Shown here one piece after another: positions 50,240 through 59,274 of a DNA stretch of 59,274 bases. Under the pieces are notes generated by a model. That model saw only the letters and a list, made by a program, of their open reading frames with translations, made no database searches and was not told the DNA's origin. Made by a program: the position numbers and the translations under genes. The stretch is from Octopus bimaculoides (lineage: Eukaryota), in assembly GCF_001194135.2 (NCBI RefSeq), contig NC_068985.1:87878147-87937420 (forward strand), read 5' to 3'. How positions within the stretch are numbered: the stretch's first letter is position 1; every line of letters starts with the position of its first letter.

Positions 50240-50945
50240 CTCACAAGCTTCCAGCATATGAAACCTGCGTTTGTTTCTATAATTTATGAACGGAAATGAG
50301 AAGGCGGACAATTACATCATTTTTCCACATAGTCTCCTTGCTTTTCAATGCATTTCTTCAAGTGGTCAATAAATTTGATTATTCCATCGAAAGTTTTCGG
50401 TTGGTCGCACAGTTATTTATGCACTGCTTCCTGCGCTTTATCATCCGTAGTAAGTCGATGGCCTGTTAAGAGGTGTTTGAGGCGATAGTGGGTGGGGCGA
50501 GACTTGGACTGCATGCAAGATGTTCCAGCAACTCGAAACACTGTTCTTCAAAGGTGAGGGTGGCAGTATGGATGCGTGCATTGTCTGTACAACAATAACA
50601 CTTGCTTTCACAATACGTCTCGGCGATTTGTGCGAATCACCGGTTTGAGATAGCTGATCAGCACCCAACTGTATCTTATAGTGGTATCTATAGACCCCTT
50701 TTCCTGGTTATGTTCCGCAATAGGCACATTTGCGTCGCAAAATATCGATGAGCAGTACTTTTTTTCTGCGGAAAGGTGAGTCATATGTTTGTTTTGCACC
50801 TGCGATTTCGGGTGATTCCACCCCATACTCTGTATAGCTGCTATTTCTTGCAAAATGAATGATTGCTTGCAGTCTCACTATCATTGGTGTATGTATCCCT
50901 GTTGCTGTTGAATGTTGTCTGCTAAAGATTTCGCCAAGAAGCAAA
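50240..50945 (-). mobile_element. Mariner transposase catalytic/C-terminal fragment (fourth mariner copy, distinct sequence)
   Basis: SMGWNHPKS..SAEK..IAEHNQEKG..RYS..LKPVIRTNRR..VLLL.DNARIHTA..FELLEH..SLAP..LKHLLTGHRLTTD..KCIEKQGDYVEK*. Confidence 0.85.
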
Positions 50946-51063
50946 GATTATTTCATTTTCGTTGCAAGAATTCCACAGATAGTTTATCACACCAATATAT
51001 ATACATTTCACAGATAACATGGTAGATCTGAAAGACTGCATATATGTGGGCGTGTGCATGTGC

Positions 51064-51105
<42 letters not shown>

Positions 51106-51296
51106 CTGTCTGTGTGTGTCTGTGCTTTTACACTTAACTCTGTAAGGATTACAAACACAATGCTACTACGCTGTAGCTTTTATATTTTCTAATTCAATTT
51201 GCATGGACGTAAAACTGTTTAGGAAATAGAAATGACATTGCTATTAATAATATAGAATAGCGTAAAATAACATAAAACAACAACAACAACAACAAC

Positions 51297-51331
<35 letters not shown>

Positions 51332-51355
51332 TATAAATAAATAAATATCACTTAC

Positions 51356-51431
51356 CTCAAAGAAGAAAGTAGACAAGATGTTTGTAAGTTGGCTGAGATG
51401 TGACAGATGATCCGTAGAGGAAACAACATCG
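51356..51431 (-). other. Candidate isolated 76-nt internal exon
   Basis: TTATATTTTTAAG| exon |GAG-GTAAGT. Two of three frames are open (DVVSSTDHLSHLSQLTNILSTFFFE; MLFPLRIICHISANLQTSCLLSSL). Confidence 0.22.
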
Positions 51432-51835
51432 CTTAAAAATATAAGCTAGATTAAATAATAAAACAAAACCCATAATAAACAAATAAAAGTAAATAAAAGC
51501 TTGTAAACCATCTACTCACATATTGCAAGGCAACGACTAACATCCAACTGGGAAATATTCAATGAATTGTTTGTCAGTGTCTATGAAAATTGTTTTCCTC
51601 TACTTAAGCGTCCTTCAATGTTATCGTTTTGTTAATAAACGCTTCTCCTTAGATGCCCCGAATCGGGTGTATTCAGCAACAATCTGGATATCTTTTATAA
51701 ATCGTTAGAACAACACTTTCACACCTCCATGGATTTTCCTAATAAAATCAAAAATGTATTGGTGCTGCGTGGGTTGCCAAGACAAATATTGCGGAAAAGG
51801 TAGGCTATTTTCTATTTATTATTAATATTTTGTTG

Positions 51836-52060
51836 AAGGCAGCGAGTTGGTAGAAGCGTTAGAACGCCGGGAACAACGCCTAGCTGCATTTCGACTACTT
51901 CACGCTCAAATTCCGCCGCGGTTGAATGTACCTTTCATTCTTTCCGATTCAATAAAATAAGTACATAGGAAATAAGTACCAGGTGAGTACTGGGGTTGAT
52001 GTAATAGACTTATACTACCCACAAATTGCTGGCCTTGTGCCAGAATTTGAGAACATTATT
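51836..52060 (+). mobile_element. SINE family B
   Basis: AAGGCAGCGAGTTGGTAGAAGCGTTAGAACGCCGG..TCAAATTCCGCCG..AATAAGTACCAG..CTGGGGTTGATGTAATAGACTT..GGCCTTGTGCC. Confidence 0.85.
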
Positions 52061-52080
52061 ACTTATTTATTTATTTATTT

Positions 52081-52285
52081 CCCACAGGCGGCTAAACATT
52101 GAGTGGACAAACAAGGACAGACCAAAGGTTTAAGTCAATTATATCAAACCCAGTGTGTAACTGGTACTTACTTAATCGACCCCGAAAGGATGAAAGTCAA
52201 AGTTGACCTCGGCGGAATTAGAACTCAGAACGTAATGACAGACGAAATACCAATATGCATTTTAGCCGGTGTGCTGAAATGCATT
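52081..52285 (-). mobile_element. SINE family B, inverted relative to its neighbour
   Basis: rc ..CGTTCTGAGTTCTAATTCCGCCGAGGTCAACTTTGACTTTCATCCTTTCGGGGTCGATTAAGTAAGTACCAGTTACACACTGGG... Confidence 0.88.
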
Positions 52286-54203
52286 GTTATAATATTCTTC
52301 TTAATAATCTTCTGAATAACCCTAAATTTTAACTTTATACAATATGGCAATATTGTTTAAAATATTTAACTATCGTACCACATGATATGATTTCCCCTGT
52401 TTCATTATCGATGTTCTACTAGTGGCCTGCCCCTTTAATTGTCAGCTAACATCTTGATTGAAGATTTCCTTTACCAAATCTCATTATATTGCTTGAAATA
52501 AATCTTCATAGTTTTTTATGACGATGTCTGTCGACTCCCTCACTGTGATTTCTGTTGATTCCCTCATCCCCCTTCCTAACAGGCACTGCTCCTTGTTCTT
52601 TTGGCCTTAGATATACAAGGATGTGATAAACTAGTCGACAAATTAAACCTGACCCCATAAAACAGTCACAAGCATAATCTGTAACAAGTCCTTCTTCCTG
52701 ATACCTTAGTAGCTTCTAATTTGAAACGAAGACAGCATCTTCATTGTCTATCTCCTTACCCTCTTGGAGATTTTATACTAATGTGTCCATATATACATAC
52801 ATACAGAGATGTAAAAAGAAAGAATTAAGCAAGGACACGTAGTTAATCACTATTTAAGCTCACACACATACTGAAATTATTTGATTTTGAAGAATTGCTG
52901 CAAACTTTTCGATATTCTATTTTTCTCGAAATACTATTCTGAGAACGAGCTAACTTTTCTGAATTTTAATAAATAGAAATTTATATCTAGAGTCAAATGT
53001 CAAATGTCAACGCAACAGCAGTTATTTTTCATTCGTTATCCGTTATTTTTGAGATCAACAACATCAAAAAAAAAAGAAAAGAAGAAAAGAAAATAACCAA
53101 AAGAAATAAATAATTTTTTCTTAGTATGTAAACAAGGAACGCTAATTACTTTGTTAATAAGAATATATATTAGTTATTTTTCTTAATTTTATTTTTAAAT
53201 ATGTAATGAAGTTGCTTATATACGCTATTAATTTCCAATATTGATTAGAGAAATGCGTCAGTTTTGTATTTGTTTTCAGATCTCTGTAGCGATGTTTGGG
53301 TAGGTATGTAAGTACAGGGCACATATGCTCACATAAATATACACATGTGTATATAGACACACACAGACATATGAATATATATATATATATATGTGTGTAT
53401 ATGTATTTATGCAAATATATATGTGTGTGAATGTATACACACACCCACACTGAAACACACGCGAATATAGTTGTGTAACAATCTATTAGTTAGAACAAAG
53501 AGACGGTGGACTTGCCATGAATATAAATTTTAAAACTTCCACCAACTGCGTTGCTATTTACCAAGATATATGTGTTTCATATAAATTTCTGAATCTCCAC
53601 TTTATTACCTACATGGCTACATATCACTTTTTAAAAAGAACCCTAAACCTATCAATAGGCATACAAACCGACCCCAATTTACAGCCAATTACCTCTTAAA
53701 TAAACCGAAGCCAAGGCAGAAAACTGTAACCAACAAAACCTTCCTGACTGTAACTTCTCTCACAAGAAATCATCCCGGTTTTACGACATCCAAAAATCAC
53801 ATCTGTCACTTTCTTGCGACCAATTGCAAGAGCCATAGTCTCCCTTCGTCCTATTCTTATGAGTGCGAATATTGGTTGCCCAAAAGCCATGTGTACAAAA
53901 CCGGTTGCTAAAGTCGTCTGGAATGCAGAAAAGGGACGATTATATTGTATTATGTGCACACATTATGTATGATACATACATGTGTGTATATGTTCTGTAT
54001 ATATGTGTATCTGCACCTGTGCATGTGTAAATATATATATGCTTGTATATGTGTGTATCGAGTTTACCATTAGTTTCATGTTGAGAAAGATATCTTCACA
54101 TCTTAACAGTTTTTACAAGCCAGTCACAGGCACAGGGAGGAAGCTGTTTGTCTCAATTTTGGTGTTTTCATCCAAGATACTGGAACAGTTAAGCCATCGA
54201 CAG

Positions 54204-54298
54204 AAAGATGTAGGTTTTCCCGTATGTGTGGGACTTGATCCCACACTTTTTTGTTTATACGACCAAGGGAACTACCGTGTTACCAACGCAATGACCTG
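54204..54298 (-). mobile_element. Short tRNA-derived repeat, family D, copy 1
   Basis: rc CAGGTCATTGCGTTGGTAACACGGTAGTTCCCTTGGTCGTATAAACAAAAAAGTGTGGGATCAAGTCCCACACATACGGGAAAACCTACATCTTT. Collinear with 58200-58300. Confidence 0.7.
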
Positions 54299-54337
54299 CT
54301 TCTTTCTGTTAGATTTAAGGACAATAATTAGTTCGTA

Positions 54338-54384
<47 letters not shown>

Positions 54385-54423
54385 NNNNNNNNNNNNNNNN
54401 NNNNNNNNNNNNNNNNNNNNNNN

Positions 54424-54463
<40 letters not shown>

Positions 54464-56064
54464 GAGAGAGAGACTGAAAGAAAAATAGAATGAGAAAGAG
54501 AGCCGTCATTCGCGAACAATTCTTATTTCTCTTGCTAATTGGTGTAGGCACCAAATGTAGTACGAAGCACACATCATCTCATACTCGACTTTCCCACCCG
54601 GGACCGACCCAATAACACAACGAGATATGGATAAAGAGATAAAAATCTGCACTATTGTGAGTTACGTAGAGAGGCGCAAAGCTGAACGAAGTGGCTGGTT
54701 CAAGGACAAAACACGGCACCCCTTCAACAGTATGTCCATGAACTGGGTACTATAGCCAATAAGCCACGCACTTTGCTTCACCACATTTTCGGTGTATATC
54801 ATGAAAAAAGCCGTCACAAATATGTATTCTCGAAAGTAACTCTTCAAAATATAGATTCGATTAACTAACATGTCACATGCATACTCTGTAAGGTAGCATG
54901 TCAAGTTTACGTTATATTATGTAATACGGCAAATATACAATATATACAATAACACGCCAAATATGCATGCTATATAACACTTCAAATATTTTTTATATAA
55001 TTTAACATGTCAAATATTTATTGTATAACAACTAGCATATATTCTATAATAGAACATGTCAAATATATATTATATAATGCGCCAAATACAGATTGTATTG
55101 CGTAACCGTTCAGTATAAATACTACGGAATATATGAATTATATAACATTTCATATATTATATATTATATAAAAGATCATATACATACATGTATATATACA
55201 TATGCACACACACACATATATATATATATACATGTATACATACATATATATATGTGTATATATATGTATATANNNNNNNNNNNNNNNNNNNNNNNNNNNN
55301 NNNNNNNNNNNNNNNNNNNNNNNNNNNNNNNNNNNNNNNNNNNNNNNNNNNNNNNNNNNNNNNNNNNNNNNNNNNNNNNNNNNNNNNNNNNNNNNNNNNN
55401 NNNNNNNNNNNNNNNNNNNNNNNNNNNNNNNNNNNNNNNNNNNNNNNNNNNNNNNNNNNNNNNNNNNNNNNNNNNNNNNNNNNNNNNNNNNNNNNNNNNN
55501 NNNNNNNNNNNNNNNNNNNNNNNNNNNNNNNNNNNNNNNNNNNNNNNNNNNNNNNNNNNNNNNNNNNNNNNNNNNNNNNNNNNNNNNNNNNNNNNNNNNN
55601 NNNNNNNNNNNNNNNNNNNNNNNNNNNNNNNNNNNNNNNNNNNNNNNNNNNNNNNNNNNNNNNNNNNNNNNNNNNNNNNNNNNNNNNNNNNNNNNNNNNN
55701 NNNNNNNNNNNNNNNNNNNNNNNNNNNNNNNNNNNNNNNNNNNNNNNNNNNNNNNNNNNNNNNNNNNNNNNNNNNNNNNNNNNNNNNNNNNNNNNNNNNN
55801 NNNNNNNNNNNNNNNNNNNNNNNNNNNNNNNNNNNNNNNNNNNNNNNNNNNNNNNNNNNNNNNNNNNNNNNNNNNNNNNNNNNNNNNNNNNNNNNNNNNN
55901 NNNNNNNNNNNNNNNNNNNNNNNNNNNNNNNNNNNNNNNNNNNNNNNNNNNNNNNNNNNNNNNNNNNNNNNNNNNNNNNNNNNNNNNNNNNNNNNNNNNN
56001 NNNNNNNNNNNNNNNNNNNNNNNNNNNNNNNNNNNNNNNNNNNNNNNNNNNNNNNNNNNNNNNN

Positions 56065-56095
<31 letters not shown>

Positions 56096-56169
56096 GGGTC
56101 CTTGGACAAGTGTATTCTACAATACCCTCGATCCAACCAAACCCTTGTCATATTGAAACACACCTTCAA

Positions 56170-56800
56170 CCGCGAACGTCCACCATCGCGAGTTTAAGAA
56201 CTGTTTCTAGTACTTCAGCTTATCCAGCAAACTTAATTTCAAAAACCTGTGGCAAGATCTTAGTTGACCTTCATTACTCACCGCTCCTAAATCCATTAGA
56301 GTTACTGGGAACTTTTTATGCTTTACCCTGGGGACAGTAGAAAAATCTGCATATAACGCACTGTTATTTTTGGGGTTCAGCTTTTGGTCTTGGTCAAAGT
56401 ATTCCTCACGTGTGAAGAAGCAAAGCACGCTTTGTTAGTGTTGGCTTTTAATCTTGTTAAGTAATCCCTTGACATATATAAAACGGTTTTAGAGTATTTT
56501 TGCTGATATGGAATGTCCTATCCGCAATATATACAATTTGTATCGAATGTCCTCGTGCACCGCTATGGTGGTAGTCCACTATGAAATCTGAAAGCATTTG
56601 GCGATGGGCCTTCTTGATCTTCCGGGAGCACCATCATTAATGTTTCCGACCCGCTTGATGAATGATCGTGTCATTATAGTGTCCGAAAATTTAGAATGAT
56701 TTTTGTTTGTTTTATTCCCCCGTTCATGAAGTCGAAACATTTCCGCCAGAGGCTTCCAACTCTATTCGAACATTGATTACAAAATACATGGGAATATCTA
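56170..56800 (-). mobile_element. Tc1/mariner transposase fragment, maT (DD37D)-like
   Basis: EEYFDQDQKLNPKNN..YADFSTVPRVKHKKFPVTLMDLGAVSNEG (cf. 'DEKNFDQDQKVN.KNDRW..PRVM.TKFPA.VMV.GVVS.EG'). Upstream MFRLHERGIKQ HTH-like start. Confidence 0.78.
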
Positions 56801-57482
56801 AATCTTTGGTAATTTCTAAATCGTTGTTTCGCACATATGACAACAATGTCTTTGCTTCATTACAGTTCTTGTGTTAGCATTTCATCTCCAGCGAGGTATC
56901 CGAAAAAAATAATAAACTTTTAATTTATGTGAAAAGAGCTACGTACTGATAGTTACACCTTCTCCAATAATCCTAGCTCCCTACTTTGTATATCCGTTAG
57001 CCCCAACTTGAAGTACTAGAAGCCCACTTACAGATTACGTTTTCTGGCGTGGAATGCCAGGATCTGAACTTAAACATCACTGTCCTTGTTAATACCACTG
57101 CGCTGAGAGGGTCCAGGTGGACGCTGGTGCCTGGGGGCGTTGGCGGTGCAGTAGAGATAAAGGAGGCGTTGGGAGGAAGGCAGTGAATTGCAAGACTATA
57201 TCAACTTATTATATTATTATAGTACGGTATACAGATTATATAACGTTATTTTAAATATGAGATTATTCATAGTATATATAAATTAGTAAAATATAAAATA
57301 TTCATTTATACATAAAAATAGGGATGGGGCGCTGAGAGTATTATGTGGCTATGAGGGGGGGGGGAGCGGGCGGTGGCCCAACATGAAGTAAGAAATGTTT
57401 CAAGTAAAATGTGAAATATATGTTATTTAACATAGCACGTAAAATATAGACTGTTATAGCACAGTAAATATCTAAATCCATA

Positions 57483-57798
57483 CGCCAGGCGTAGCTGTGT
57501 GGCTAGATGTTTGCTTCCTAACTACATGGGTCTGGCTTCGGTCCCACTGTGTGACACCTTGTACTATAGGCTCGGGCCTACCAAAGCCTTATGAGTGGAT
57601 TTAGTAGAAGAATACAACTGGTATTGGTGTGTTACGTTTTCGTAACTTAGCAGTTTAGCGAAAAATACCGATAGACTGAGTACAAGGCTTGAAAACATAA
57701 GCACTGGTATCGATTCATTTGATTAAAAAACTTTTGAAGACGGTGCCCCAGCATGACCACAATCAAATGAGTGAAACAAGGAAAAGAGTAAAAGATAA
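57483..57798 (+). mobile_element. SINE family A lacking the internal microsatellite segment
   Basis: GGCGTAGCTGTGTGGCTAG..GGTCCCACTGTGTGACACCTTG..GTGGATTTAGTAGA joined directly to ACAACTGGTATTGGTGTG..CGTAACTTAGC..CCCAGCATGACC..GAAACAAGGAAAAGAGTAAAAGA. Confidence 0.88.
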
Positions 57799-58064
57799 AG
57801 CAACCATACAGTTGTTAATTAACAAATGAAATCTGTACTAATTAAAGAAGATCGTCAAATATTTATTATCTGCACTGTTTAAATATAAATAATTTAATAT
57901 GTCAAATATACATTCTGTAATGAAGCACTTCGAATATGAAGTAATATTTCAAGTATACATTAAGTAACATAATATGTTACATACATAATTTTCTGACAAC
58001 AGATCATTAACTCTGTTCCGGCATAAAGTATGTAAATTAATGAGTGAAATGTGCAAAGTATTAT

Positions 58065-58200
58065 AAATCACATGATGCATACGTTGTAGCACTCGTCTGT
58101 CTTCACGTTCTGAGTTCAAATCCGCCGAGGTCGACTTTGCCTTTCATCCTTCCGCGGTCGATAAATTAAGTACCAGTTGCGTGCTGGGGTCGATCTAATC
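58065..58200 (+). mobile_element. SINE family B, cut at its 3' hairpin by family D
   Basis: CACGTTCTGAGTTCAAATCCGCCGAGGTCGACTTTGCCTTTCATCCTTCCGCGGTCGATAAATTAAGTACCAGTTGCGTGCTGGGGTCGATCTAATC. Confidence 0.9.
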
Positions 58201-58300
58201 AGGTTGAGCGTTCGTGTAACGGTAGCACATTTGGTCACGGAAACAAAGAGGTGTGGGTTCGAGTCCCAGGCGTACGGGAAGACCTACTTCTTTTTTTTTC
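58200..58300 (+). mobile_element. Short tRNA-derived repeat, family D, copy 2 (pseudo-tRNA fold plus oligo-T)
   Basis: D-arm-like GTGTAACGGTAGCAC, T-arm GTGGG-TTCGAGT-CCCAG, weak acceptor pairing, non-canonical anticodon arm, T9 run at 58291-58299. Confidence 0.72.
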
Positions 58301-58946
58301 TGCTTAAGGCTTGGCTTATGGGACTATTTTCTGTAGTCATTGTGAGGTGATCGCTTATAAGCATTAAGCTTATAAAAAATACTAATATTATTAGTTACAG
58401 AATTGTAAAAACCGAAGCTGCTTATCAAAGACCATCGCACACATACACACACACACGTATATATACATATACATATATATGTATGCATATATATATGCAT
58501 ATATATATATATATATATATATCCAAAGGAAACAACAAGAATGCGAAAGGCAATATGAAACATCCAAACAGATACATGATAGACAGATAACAACAAAGAA
58601 TGACATGTCATTCGCAACAATCTCTCTTTAGTCAAGAAACGACAAAATCCCAGCAGTTTCGGTCAGTTACTCTTGAGTTAGAAAACAATAAGATCTAATG
58701 GATACAACTTAATTTATTAATTAATCAAAAGTTTAAACAACAACTGTTTCATTTCCCAAATAAGATAAAAATTACAAAACAAATATAAATTATGATTTTG
58801 TATTTTGAATACCTTATAAGGAAAATCATCAGCGATTTCAGATGACAGTAAAAATTACAGTAGAATGCTTTTGGAATGAACAGAATATATAAACTTGTTT
58901 GCTATGCGTGTTTATATACGTGTATACGCATATATGTGTGTGTGTT

Positions 58947-58992
<46 letters not shown>

Positions 58993-59274
58993 TGTGTGTG
59001 AGTATATTTCTGAGTGTGATGTGTGTTTGACATTTCATATTAAAGAATCTATACATTATATAACATAAAATGGATATTATAGATTCAGTCATATAACTCA
59101 GACATATTTTATTACATGGCTTATCGCTTATACATAACACGCCAGGCACACATTATTTAACACCGAACGGCAGGTATAAAATATATAAAACGGCATGGAT
59201 GATATATATCAAGTAAACTGATGTCACATCGCATCTAATATTCACCCGCTATCTTACTGTTATTACTATATATA

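Noticed and set aside
53280-53303. Plus-strand micro-exon candidates (also ~43882 and ~48816, and ~19588 upstream)
   Set aside because: Splice-like motifs arise often by chance in AT-rich DNA; no recognisable peptide links them.
58205-58276. Functional tRNA-Arg gene
   Set aside because: Acceptor stem has a mismatch and several GU pairs, the anticodon arm is non-canonical, and a diverged paralogue at 54204 indicates a repeat.
58640-58690. rc CTCAAGA..GAAACTG hammerhead-like relic
   Set aside because: G5 is lost, there is no GUH, and stem I does not pair.
851-59149. Long ORFs rich in IY/CV/HT/X, poly-L/I/N/S/E/D
   Set aside because: Translations of microsatellites and N-gaps.

Overview
AT-rich eukaryotic scaffold sequence with many N-gaps. 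The repeat repertoire suggests an octopus/cephalopod genome (inference, not a database result). No complete host gene is visible. Almost all ORF-track entries are artefacts of (TA)n/(CA)n/(TTA)n/(GAA)n/(GAT)n microsatellites or N-runs. Real content: (i) six decayed Tc1/mariner transposons, all on the minus strand; (ii) four R4/Dong-type (RLE) LINE fragments, two of them in a (TAA)n-centred insertion pile-up at 9.0-11.8 kb; (iii) RTE- and CR1-type LINE fragments; (iv) at least four tRNA-derived SINE-like families; (v) a hAT-type MITE; (vi) short TA-flanked repeats resembling Penelope-like element ends that carry hammerhead-ribozyme motifs. The most interesting signals are a fully paired minimal type-I hammerhead with a variant core (CCGAUGA) and palindromic stem III at 23949-23990(-), further decayed hammerhead families, and an RFX X-box/CRE/CCAAT promoter module at 38511-38557 whose spacing matches the vertebrate MHC-II X1-X2-Y module, followed by a candidate first exon. 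Element boundaries are approximate and were read by eye.
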